Source: Spirochaetota bacterium (lineage in GTDB: Bacteria; Spirochaetota; UBA4802; JAKQUI01). From it: a DNA stretch of 64,000 nucleotides. Where the stretch lies: NCBI GenBank assembly GCA_029562645.1, contig JAKQUI010000030.1, positions 35,891 through 99,890 of the forward strand. Direction: 5' to 3'. Made by a program: the position numbers and the translations under genes. Shown here one piece after another: positions 31,047 to 39,344 of the stretch (within the stretch, counting starts at the first letter, position 1; every line of letters begins with the position of its first letter). Below the pieces are notes generated by a model. That model had not been told where the DNA came from. It made no database searches and worked only from the letters and a program-made list of their open reading frames with translations.

Positions 31047-31349
31047 CTACGTGATTGAATTGAGATACTCGTCCCACTCGGTCGGGAGGAGATACTTTTT
31101 CCGATTATTGCACTCCTTGCAGGCAGGCACGATATTGAACCGCTCCGAGGTGCCCCCGCGCGACAGCGGGATGATGTGGTCCATGGTCAACTCGCCCGGC
31201 TTGCACTGCCGCCGACAGTAGTGGCAGATTCCGGCGGCAGTCTTTTTCCGCCACCACGCCGATGCGCGAAGGTCGCGCGCCTTTCGCTTTTCCTGCGAAA
31301 GGCCCGAATCAAACTCGAACACGCTATGGGCTGACGTCCGCCGGGGCAT
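31047..31349 (-). CDS. Small HNH (beta-beta-alpha-Me) endonuclease
   Basis: CHYCRRQ...DHIIPLSRGG...NIVPACKECNNRK: two CxxC pairs flank the H-N-N/H core. Confidence 0.85.
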   Translation of the reverse strand: MPRRTSAHSVFEFDSGLSQEKRKARDLRASAWWRKKTAAGICHYCRRQCKPGELTMDHIIPLSRGGTSERFNIVPACKECNNRKKYLLPTEWDEYLNSIT

Positions 31350-31387
31350 GATGACCGCGTTATGTCCTGTACAATTGGAGTATGATA

Positions 31388-31416
31388 ACGCTAGTGCACA
31401 CGCCCCGCGGTGTCAA
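31388..31416 (-). promoter_or_regulatory. Candidate sigma-70-type promoter for the HNH operon
   Basis: Minus strand TTGACA (31416-31411), N17, TAGCGT (31393-31388), located between the fmt stop and the HNH start. Confidence 0.3.
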
Positions 31417-31434
31417 TAAAAAATAGCGCAGGCG

Positions 31435-32370
31435 TTACACGCCCAAACGCTCGCCCGCCTGCAGCCGGTGTCCGTTGATGAAGCTGGCGGCGTCCATCAC
31501 CTTCTTCGTCTCGGGCTGCACTGACACGATCTCAAGCCGCCCCACGCCGGTCCCGGCCAACAAACGCTTCTTTTTGTACACCGCGACCTCGCCCGGATCG
31601 AGCGCGGGGGCGTCCGCCGCCTCGAACGGCATGGTGCGCCAAATCTTTAGAACGCGGCCGCGGAAGGTCGTCCAGGCGACGGGCGCGGGATTGAGCCCGC
31701 GAACCATGTTATGGATGTCGCGCGCGCCGCCGGTCCACACGATCCGCGGCAGATCCTTGTCGATTTTTTTACAGTAGGTGGCCGCGGACTCGTCCTGGAC
31801 GACGGGCGCGGCGGTGCCCGCGGCGATACGGACGATGGCCTCGTCGAGGAGCGCCGCGCCGCGGGGGAACACGATCTCGGCGAGCTCGCCCGCGGTCATG
31901 GTTTCGTCGATCGCGAAGCGCTCCTGCAGAATGATATCGCCCGCGTCCAACCGCTCATTGATGAGCTGCACCGTGATCCCCGTCTCGGTTTCGCCGTTGA
32001 TGAGCGCCCACTGCATGGGCGCCGCGCCGCGGTAGCGCGGCAAGAGCGACGGGTGCAGGTTGATGGTGCGGTGCCGCGGCAGATCGAAGATCGCGCGGGG
32101 GATGATGGCGCCATAGGCCACCACGACGAACAGCTCGGCCCCGAAGCGCGCAAGCTCGTCGGGCAGCGCGGGATCGCGCAGATGCTCCGGCTCGAGCACC
32201 GGAACCCCGCGCTCGAGCGCGGCGCATTTCGCCGGGCAGCCCGAGACCTGCAGGCAACGCCCGCGCGGCTTGTCGCAGCCGGTCACAACAAAAGCCACCT
32301 CGTGGCGCTCCATGAGCCGCGCCAGGCAAAACGCCGCTATCTCCGGGGTCCCGAAGAAGCCGATCCTCAT
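31435..32370 (-). CDS. fmt: Methionyl-tRNA formyltransferase
   Basis: MRIGFFGTPEIAA, INLHPSLLPRYRGAAPMQWALINGETETGITV. Confidence 0.95.
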   Translation of the reverse strand: MRIGFFGTPEIAAFCLARLMERHEVAFVVTGCDKPRGRCLQVSGCPAKCAALERGVPVLEPEHLRDPALPDELARFGAELFVVVAYGAIIPRAIFDLPRHRTINLHPSLLPRYRGAAPMQWALINGETETGITVQLINERLDAGDIILQERFAIDETMTAGELAEIVFPRGAALLDEAIVRIAAGTAAPVVQDESAATYCKKIDKDLPRIVWTGGARDIHNMVRGLNPAPVAWTTFRGRVLKIWRTMPFEAADAPALDPGEVAVYKKKRLLAGTGVGRLEIVSVQPETKKVMDAASFINGHRLQAGERLGV

Positions 32371-32879
32371 GCGCCCTTGTTCAACTTCTTTATCTTCTTG
32401 AGCTCGGGGGTGAGCTCCTTTCGGACATGGTCCTCAAGATGGTCCACGAACAGAATTCCGTTGATGTGGTCGATCTCGTGCTGCAGGACGCGCGCGAGCA
32501 ATCCCTCGGCATCGAAGCGCGCCTCGTTGCCGTCCGGAAACAGCGCCTGCACCGTGATCGCCGCGGGGCGCACCACGGTCCCGTTCACGCCGGGGACCGA
32601 GAGGCAGCCCTCCTCGTAGGGCGCCAGCTCCTCGGATGTCGCGGTGATCACCGGATTGGCCAGCGCGAGCGCCGGCCCCTTGAACGACTCGATGTCCACC
32701 ACGATGATGCGCTGCGATATGCCGACCTGCGGGGCCGCGAGCCCGATCCCGCGCGCGCGCTGCATCACATTGAACATCGAATCGAACAAGTCAATCACGC
32801 CCTGATCGATCCCGGCGACCTCGGCCGCCTTGTGTCGCAGCACCTCGTTTCCGTAGTAACACAATTGAAGGTTCATCAC
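32367..32879 (-). CDS. def: Peptide deformylase
   Basis: GIGLAAPQVG, EGCLSVPG, HEIDHINGILFVD. Overlaps fmt by 4 nt. Confidence 0.95.
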   Translation of the reverse strand: MMNLQLCYYGNEVLRHKAAEVAGIDQGVIDLFDSMFNVMQRARGIGLAAPQVGISQRIIVVDIESFKGPALALANPVITATSEELAPYEEGCLSVPGVNGTVVRPAAITVQALFPDGNEARFDAEGLLARVLQHEIDHINGILFVDHLEDHVRKELTPELKKIKKLNKGA

Positions 32880-33014
32880 GTTGCCCGTTGTGGGCGGGTA
32901 TCACGCCGCCACCGGTAAAAATCAATCGCATTAATCGGAAATAATCAAAAAATTGTTGTGATAGCGCCATGCGCCGGACAGCCTGCGTCATTCCATGCCC
33001 GAAGAGGAAACGAT

Positions 33015-34280
33015 ATGACGACACACGGACCCGACGTCGCGCCGGGATTGTCCCGCGCTTGTGCGATCGCCTGCGCGAGCTACGCAGCGGCCGTGATCGC
33101 CGTCGCCGCTCTCGGCGTTATGGGCGATTCCCGACCCGAATCAATCGCGGCGGCGCGCCTTCATTTCACGCACGAGCAGATCGACGCGGGAGCGGCCTTC
33201 GCGCGCATGGGCATCGTCTCCGGCGCGCTGTATCAGCTCGCGCTCGTCGCCGGGCTTGCCCTCGCAGTCGCGCACGGCCTCGACATGAAACTCGCCGCGC
33301 GGATCGGCGCATCCATTCGAAGCGGCGTCGCGGCGACCGCGCTTTCATGGACCGCACTCTACGCGGCCATGGCCCTCATTTCGCTTCCCCATGCGCTGTA
33401 CGCGGGCTACTATCGCAGCAGCATCTTCGGCCTCATGAGCACCGACCTCGGCACCTGGCTTGCGCGCTGGTGCGCTGCGAAACTCATCTCCATCGCCATC
33501 GCCGCAAGCGCCGCCACGGTGCTCACGCTCATACTCGCACACACGAAACGGGCGCGGATCTATCTTCCCGCGGCCGTACTGTGCATCGGCCTGGCCCTCT
33601 CGTATGCGCTGCCGCGCGTCGTCACGCCGCTCTTCTACACGACCGCGCCCATCGCGCCAGGAGCGCAGAGGGACCGGATCACCGCGCTTGCCGCGAAAAG
33701 CGGGATGGCCGTCGAGGAGATTTTCGTGATCGAGAAGAGCGCCTACAGCCTCGAGGCGAACGCCTACTTCATTGGCGCGGGGGCGACGGGCCGCATCTAC
33801 CTCTACGACACGCTGCTCAAGGCCTTTCGCGACAACGAGGTGGCGCTGATCGTCGCGCACGAGCTGTGCCACTTTCGCGAGGAGCACGCGCTCCTCGGCC
33901 TGCTGCTCTGGTCGATCGGGCTGGCCCTCGCCTTCCCGCTGGGCGACCGCCTCGCCCGCGCCGCGACCGGCGTCCCCCTCCGCGAGCTGGCGGGCGCGCA
34001 CCGCTACGCGGCGCTCACGTTCATGGTCGTCATCGCCTCCTTCGCCGCGCGGCCGCTCGAAAACGGCGTCTCGCGCGAGATGGAGCGACGCTGCGACCGT
34101 TATGCGATAGCCCTCACCCGCGACCCGGACGGATTTGTCGCCATGCAGCGGCGGCTGGCCGCGGCCAACCGCTCCTCCGTGCTCCCGCACCCGGCCCATG
34201 CCTGGATCACCCGCTCGCACCCGCCGGTCCTCGAGCGCATTTCCCTTGCCGACGAGCATCGCGCGCGGGACGGGCGGTAG
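33015..34280 (+). CDS. M48 family zinc metalloprotease (second paralog), membrane-bound
   Basis: HExxH motif VAHELCHFREEH and multiple TM helices. ATG 33015 is preceded by GAGGAAA. Confidence 0.8.
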   Translation: MTTHGPDVAPGLSRACAIACASYAAAVIAVAALGVMGDSRPESIAAARLHFTHEQIDAGAAFARMGIVSGALYQLALVAGLALAVAHGLDMKLAARIGASIRSGVAATALSWTALYAAMALISLPHALYAGYYRSSIFGLMSTDLGTWLARWCAAKLISIAIAASAATVLTLILAHTKRARIYLPAAVLCIGLALSYALPRVVTPLFYTTAPIAPGAQRDRITALAAKSGMAVEEIFVIEKSAYSLEANAYFIGAGATGRIYLYDTLLKAFRDNEVALIVAHELCHFREEHALLGLLLWSIGLALAFPLGDRLARAATGVPLRELAGAHRYAALTFMVVIASFAARPLENGVSREMERRCDRYAIALTRDPDGFVAMQRRLAAANRSSVLPHPAHAWITRSHPPVLERISLADEHRARDGR

Positions 34281-34366
34281 CCGGACTATTTTTTGCTTGC
34301 GCAGCGTTCCTCCCGCATGGCACAGTGAAGCGAAATACATCGTTCCGCCAAACGAGGATCTCGACC

Positions 34367-34921
34367 ATGAAACGAAACTTCAGTCTTGCAAGATCGTGTG
34401 CGGCGCTGCCGCTTATCCTGCTGCTCGCCGGGACCGGCTGCGCCTCCCGCGAGGTGTGGGTGAGCACAAACGCGCCCGACCCGAAGGGAATCAAACTTGC
34501 ATTGCTCGACTTCGATATTCGCGACAAGAAAACCGGCGAGCGGCTGCCGCAGGTCGGCACGCAGTTTTCGACGGCGCTCTCGACCGGGTTCATGAAGGCG
34601 GGCTTCGCCGTCATCGACCGGAAGAACATCGGCGTCATTCTCAAGGAACAGGAGTTCCAGCAGACGGGCATCGTGGACCCCAAAACCGCCGTGAAGTTCG
34701 CGAACATCATGGGAGTGCGCTACGTCGTTTTCGGCAGCGGCCGGGCGAACCCGACCGGCAGCCGCAGCTACCACTTCCTCCACGAGGCGACCATCACGAT
34801 GCTGGACGCGCAATCCGGCGAGCAGGTCATGGTCGCCACCTGGTCGGGCGCGGGCGTCGAACCGGTGAGCGCGGCGCGGAAGATCGGCGACGAGATTGCC
34901 GAGAAGTGGACGAAGCGGTGA
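34367..34921 (+). CDS. LpoB/CsgG-N/FlgO-like lipoprotein (second paralog)
   Basis: Lipobox LLAGTGCAS. LALLDFDIRDKKTG...AVIDRKNIGVILKEQEFQQTGIVD...IMGVRYVVFGS. This is the only real part of track ORF 32969-34921. Confidence 0.7.
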   Translation: MKRNFSLARSCAALPLILLLAGTGCASREVWVSTNAPDPKGIKLALLDFDIRDKKTGERLPQVGTQFSTALSTGFMKAGFAVIDRKNIGVILKEQEFQQTGIVDPKTAVKFANIMGVRYVVFGSGRANPTGSRSYHFLHEATITMLDAQSGEQVMVATWSGAGVEPVSAARKIGDEIAEKWTKR

Positions 34922-35839
34922 CTAGGCGAACTCCGGGTGTTTCTTCTGACGCGCGAGCATCCGCTCGCGATTGAAGACAAGCCGGCGCGATTCCATGGCC
35001 GCCGCGACGCGCTCGCGATAGGGCTTCGATGTAAAATATTCCTGCAGCGTTTTTGACACGGGATATACCTGCTCGGCCGCGACATGCGCTTCAGGTTTTC
35101 CCGTTTTCTCGTTGATGATCGACTCCGTCATGAATCCCCAGCTCAGATCGTAGAGCGAAAGCCCCGGCAGATCGCGCAGCACCGCGCGCAGCAGCCCCTC
35201 GCGCTCCGGGTCCATGAATAAAAACAGCCGCGCGTACATCACGGCGTTATGGAAATGATCGGGGATGTCCATGATGCCCGCGGTCTTCACCTCGCCGGCG
35301 ATGATCTCGAGAAAGCGCGCCATGCAGGCGACGGCGCCCAAACCCGGTCGGTCCTGTCCCGGGAGCTTGGGCCGATCCGGGGAGAATGCCGCGTGTGGAT
35401 TCTGCAGCGTGAGCCATTCCACGGCCAAGAGCGAGACCTTCTCCGGGACGATGATGCCCTTCACCAACGGCTCCGGAAGGGTATAGTGCACCTCGGAAAG
35501 CTTGAGCTCGACCAGCAGCCGCTCAGGATCGCGCGCGCCGGAATAGATGCGCAGCATGTGCATATAGCTGTCGTTTCTGGTTACGGTGATATCAAGATTG
35601 GAAAAGCCCTTGGAGGCAAGGTAGCCCTCGAGCCCGATCTCCGCGATGATGCGCCGCAGCTCGTCGATCGTGAATCGGTTGAGAAACAGGTTCTGGCACT
35701 CGCTGCTGTAGGTGAAGGCGCCCAGGCTGCACATGATGCTCATGTCGCTCTCGGCGTAGCGGACAAAGCGCGAGTCGGCGATCGCGCGTCGCCCTCCAGC
35801 GGCGCGGGTGCGCCGGAACAGCCGGTCGAACAATTTCAT
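34922..35839 (-). CDS. Hypothetical cytoplasmic protein, translationally coupled to the flotillin-like gene
   Basis: ATG at 35839 overlaps the upstream TGA (ATGA). 305 aa with ordinary composition and no motif I recognise. Confidence 0.6.
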   Translation of the reverse strand: MKLFDRLFRRTRAAGGRRAIADSRFVRYAESDMSIMCSLGAFTYSSECQNLFLNRFTIDELRRIIAEIGLEGYLASKGFSNLDITVTRNDSYMHMLRIYSGARDPERLLVELKLSEVHYTLPEPLVKGIIVPEKVSLLAVEWLTLQNPHAAFSPDRPKLPGQDRPGLGAVACMARFLEIIAGEVKTAGIMDIPDHFHNAVMYARLFLFMDPEREGLLRAVLRDLPGLSLYDLSWGFMTESIINEKTGKPEAHVAAEQVYPVSKTLQEYFTSKPYRERVAAAMESRRLVFNRERMLARQKKHPEFA

Positions 35840-37038
35840 TCGCGCGGCCCTGCTCCATCATCGCCCGGCTTTACAGCGGACGGCCACGTGAAGCCGCTGG
35901 CCCGCAAGACCTGCGCGATCTCCGCGATGATCTTCCCCACCGGGGAGATCCCGCCCTGACCTCCCGAGTCGATCACGGAGTAGTTGCTGATCGTTATCGC
36001 CTCGAAGAGCTTCGGCAGCGTGGCGATGAAGGCGCTCGTGAGCGCGTCGGGACCGAAGATCTGGCCGATCTCGCGTTTGAACTTCTCGACCTCGAGACGG
36101 CCGCGCTGCATCGCGTTCCCGATGTCCTCGATCTCCCGCTGCGTCGCGAGGACCTTCAGCTCGATATCCTGCAGGGTGATGGCCAGGTTCTTCTTAAGCT
36201 GCTCGAACTCGCTGGTGCGGTTCTCCTGTTCGATCTTGAAGGCGATCTCGTTGCGGAACTCCTCCTCCCGTACCGAGCGCTCCTTGAGCGAGATGGTGCG
36301 CGCCTCCTCGATCTCGTACTCCTTCTGGCGCGCCTTGTTCTCGGTGCGCGCGAGCTCGATCTTCTTGTCGGTCTCGATGGCCTTGAGCTCGGTCTTTTCT
36401 TTCATCGTGCTCTGCTCGGTGGCGATCTCCTGGTCGGTGGCGATGCGCGTGCGCTCCACGTCAAGGCGCAGGCGGTCGCGAAACTGCGCCTGCAGCTCCT
36501 CGAAAAGCTTGTTGGACATGATGCGCACCTTTTCGATCCCCACCTGATCGAACACGATGCCCCACTGTCCCTCCACCTCCTTGAGCTGGGCCTTCAGCCG
36601 CTCGGCGATGTCCTCCTTCTTCTTCATGGCCTCGTCGATGGTCATATTCGATATGACATGCCGCACCGCCTCGACGCAGATGGTCCGCAGCTCGTTGTTA
36701 GTGCGCGCCATGGGATCGTTCTCGTCGAAAAAGTCGAGCGTGGTGATGGAGCGCGCCGGATTTGACGGATCGATGCGCCACGAGGCGTATCCCTCGATGC
36801 CGATCCCCTGAAAGTCGATGTTCGCATTGTCCGTGACGAAGTTGAGCGTCTGCACCGAGGCCGGCACGCGAAGGAACTTCCGGAAGAGACGGAGCTTCCG
36901 GCCCCCCAGGACGGGCCGGACCGTCTTCTGGCCGATCTGGACCAGGTACTCGTTCGGCAGGGCCGACTCGAAAAAGAAGCCGGAGAGCTTCTTCCGCTTG
37001 AGGATATACTCCTGCTGACCGCCCGCCTGTTGTGCCAT
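35836..37038 (-). CDS. SPFH/band-7 (flotillin-like) protein
   Basis: N-terminal SPFH-like region (YLVQIGQKTVRPVLGGRK...FQGIGIEGYASWRI...TIDEAMKKKEDIAERL), then a long E/K/R/A-rich coiled-coil typical of flotillins. Confidence 0.8.
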   Translation of the reverse strand: MAQQAGGQQEYILKRKKLSGFFFESALPNEYLVQIGQKTVRPVLGGRKLRLFRKFLRVPASVQTLNFVTDNANIDFQGIGIEGYASWRIDPSNPARSITTLDFFDENDPMARTNNELRTICVEAVRHVISNMTIDEAMKKKEDIAERLKAQLKEVEGQWGIVFDQVGIEKVRIMSNKLFEELQAQFRDRLRLDVERTRIATDQEIATEQSTMKEKTELKAIETDKKIELARTENKARQKEYEIEEARTISLKERSVREEEFRNEIAFKIEQENRTSEFEQLKKNLAITLQDIELKVLATQREIEDIGNAMQRGRLEVEKFKREIGQIFGPDALTSAFIATLPKLFEAITISNYSVIDSGGQGGISPVGKIIAEIAQVLRASGFTWPSAVKPGDDGAGPRE

Positions 37039-37245
37039 CGCCGCCCTCCTCCGCTGCAGTGACCCCATCATATCCCGAAGCGCGCGATAATGGCAAGTTG
37101 ATTTTTCCCGGGCGCGGCATCATCAACCCTATACGAATCCGTGTACTTTTTTTATACTTTTGGGTTGCCAAGCGGATATTGCCAGTTAATGATGCCTGCG
37201 AACAAACTCGGTTCAGCCGCGCGAACGATGATCGGGGAAAGCGTC

Positions 37246-37983
37246 ATGAGAAAAATCCTGTGGGTCCTGTATCAACCCTATAAATGGCTCATCTTCGCCC
37301 CCTACCTGGCGATCTCGACCCTGTTTTTCGGCATGGTGGCGGTCATCCTGTCCACGCTCATCAATCCGCGCATCGGGAGCCTCATCGGCGGGGCGCTGTG
37401 GGCGCGACTGAACGCGTACATGACGCCCATCTGGGTCACGGTCGCGGGGCGGGAGAACATCGACAAGAAACAATCATACGTGATCGTATCGAACCATCAG
37501 AGCCAGTACGACATCTTCGTGCTCTACGGCTGGCTGGGCATCGATTTCAAGTGGGTGCTCAAGCAGGAGCTGCGTAAGATCCCCGGCCTGGGCATCGGCT
37601 GCGAAAAGGTGGGCCACATCTTCATCGACCGCTCGAACCATGAGAAGGCGCTCGCCTCGCTCAACGCCGCGAAGAAGAAGATCGTGAACGGCACCTCGGT
37701 GATATTCTTTCCCGAGGGGACGCGCAGCCGCGACGGCAGCCTGGGCGAGTTCAAGAAGGGCGCCTTCAAGATGGCGCTGGACCTCGAGCTGCCGATCCTG
37801 CCGGTGACCATCATCGGCACCAAGAACATCCTTCCCTCGGACACGACGAATCTCATGCCTGGTTCGGCGCGGCTGATCATCCATTCCCCCATCCCGATCA
37901 CCGGATACACCGATGAGAACATCGAGGGACTGATGGACGCCGCGCGTACGACGATCGCCGAAGGGCTTCCGAAGGATTACTGA
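37246..37983 (+). CDS. plsC: 1-acyl-sn-glycerol-3-phosphate acyltransferase
   Basis: Acyltransferase motifs NHQSQYD (HxxxxD) and FPEGTRS, plus an N-terminal TM helix. Confidence 0.85.
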   Translation: MRKILWVLYQPYKWLIFAPYLAISTLFFGMVAVILSTLINPRIGSLIGGALWARLNAYMTPIWVTVAGRENIDKKQSYVIVSNHQSQYDIFVLYGWLGIDFKWVLKQELRKIPGLGIGCEKVGHIFIDRSNHEKALASLNAAKKKIVNGTSVIFFPEGTRSRDGSLGEFKKGAFKMALDLELPILPVTIIGTKNILPSDTTNLMPGSARLIIHSPIPITGYTDENIEGLMDAARTTIAEGLPKDY

Positions 37984-38148
37984 TTTCCTTCGATAACCGT
38001 TCATGCTCGACCGAGGAAATCCTGCATGAAATAATACATGGCTCGCACCAGAGCCGTGATCTCATCGCCCCCCTCCGACCAGAAAAACTATTGCCAAGCT
38101 CCCGGCCCGCGCTATAGTTGGCGTCGAACTTCACCGGGGGCGCACGGC

Positions 38149-38793
38149 ATGATAGTTACCCGCAAGAAAGACATCGACAGCATCCGCGAGCACCTTGCGG
38201 ACGCACGCAGCGTCGTCATCGTCGGCTGCTCGGAGTGCGCGGCGGTGTGCCGCACCGGCGGATCGGAGCAGGTGAAGGAGATGTCCGGGCTGCTTGCCGA
38301 CAGGACCGTCTGCGCGACCATCTCCATCGAATCGCCCTGCGACAAGCGGATCACGTCGCGCGACTTGAAGCGCCTCACGCGCGAACTCGAGGAGGCCGAC
38401 GCCATCGTCGCGCTCACCTGCGGGAGCGGCGCACAGGCCATCGCCGAGGTGAGCGGGAAACGCGTGATCGCCGCGCTCGACACGTCGTTTCTGGGCATGG
38501 TGGAGCGGCTGGGGCGGTTCTACGAGCGCTGCTCGCAGTGCGGCGAGTGCATTCTCAACGACACCGCCGGGATCTGCCCGGTCACGCTGTGCCCCAAGCA
38601 GGTGCGCAACGGCCCCTGCGACGGCGTGCGCGCCGACGGAACCTGCGAGGTGTTCGAGGACCGGCCCTGCGTATGGCGCACCATCCACGAACGGCTCTCC
38701 GCGCGCAATCATCCGGAGCGCTTCACCGCGTATCATCCGCCCGTCTGCTGGTCGCACCATCATGTGCCGCGCGAAGAGCTGCAGGGGCATTGA
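38149..38793 (+). CDS. Methylene-THF reductase C-terminal-domain (MetV-like) Cys-rich protein
   Basis: VGCSECAAVCRTGG, CSQCGECILNDTAGICPVTLCPKQVRNGPCDG...CVW. ATG 38149. Confidence 0.75.
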   Translation: MIVTRKKDIDSIREHLADARSVVIVGCSECAAVCRTGGSEQVKEMSGLLADRTVCATISIESPCDKRITSRDLKRLTRELEEADAIVALTCGSGAQAIAEVSGKRVIAALDTSFLGMVERLGRFYERCSQCGECILNDTAGICPVTLCPKQVRNGPCDGVRADGTCEVFEDRPCVWRTIHERLSARNHPERFTAYHPPVCWSHHHVPREELQGH

Positions 38794-38795
38794 TC

Positions 38796-39335
38796 ATGGA
38801 TACCGTCCGCTACCTCCCGACCATCAACAGCGCCGCCGACATCGACGCCCTGCCGAACCGTCTCAAGACGGAGGAGCCGCTCCTGGTGGGCGAATACGGT
38901 TCGCTCAATCCGCTCGCCTTCGCGACGGCCATCCGGAATGTCAATAGCGGAAAAAAATTCTACGAACTCATCCTGAGAAACAAAAACCGGGAGCTCGTCG
39001 AATCCAGCATCTGCACCGCGGCGGCGGTGGGATTCGACGGCGTGGTGATCGCCTCCGGCGCATTCAATAAAAGCGACACGATGGGCAAGCCCGTGTACGA
39101 TCTCGATCAGGCGCAGGCGCTCCTGCTTGCGATCTCGCTTCGACGCACCGGGAAGATCCCGTCCGGTTTCGCGCTGGGAGTCAGATCGGCCGGAGGAAAC
39201 GGCGCCGTCCGTGAACGCAATTCCTTCTATCTCCGCGAGGGCGCCGATTTCATTCTGATCACCGGTTCGGCGAACACCGGCGCCGCCGCCCCAACCGATT
39301 CCGCCGACAAGATCGGCACAATCAGCGAGCTATAG
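38796..39335 (+). CDS. Short (179 aa) methylene-THF reductase (MetF)-like protein
   Basis: KNRELVESSICTAAAVGFDGVVIASG and GKPVYDLDQAQALLLAISL resemble the central MetF TIM-barrel strands. It is about 100 aa shorter than canonical MetF. It starts 2 nt after the MetV-like stop. Confidence 0.5.
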   Translation: MDTVRYLPTINSAADIDALPNRLKTEEPLLVGEYGSLNPLAFATAIRNVNSGKKFYELILRNKNRELVESSICTAAAVGFDGVVIASGAFNKSDTMGKPVYDLDQAQALLLAISLRRTGKIPSGFALGVRSAGGNGAVRERNSFYLREGADFILITGSANTGAAAPTDSADKIGTISEL

Positions 39336-39344
39336 GAGCACAGG

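Noticed and set aside
28384-31221. 945-aa ORF on the plus strand opposite the 820-aa gene with a cNMP-binding-like domain
   Set aside because: Its composition (L/R/D/E/H/G/V runs, no motifs) looks like an antisense artefact. The minus-strand frame has balanced composition, a recognisable N-terminal domain and sensible RBS spacing.
32969-34366. N-terminal 466 codons of the 650-aa track ORF 32969-34921
   Set aside because: This is an out-of-frame read-through across the M48 protease gene (R/A/P/H-rich). Only the last 184 codons, from ATG 34367 with a lipobox signal, look like a real protein. The same reasoning removes the upstream parts of ORFs 22840-24243, 38118-39335 and 7188-8606.
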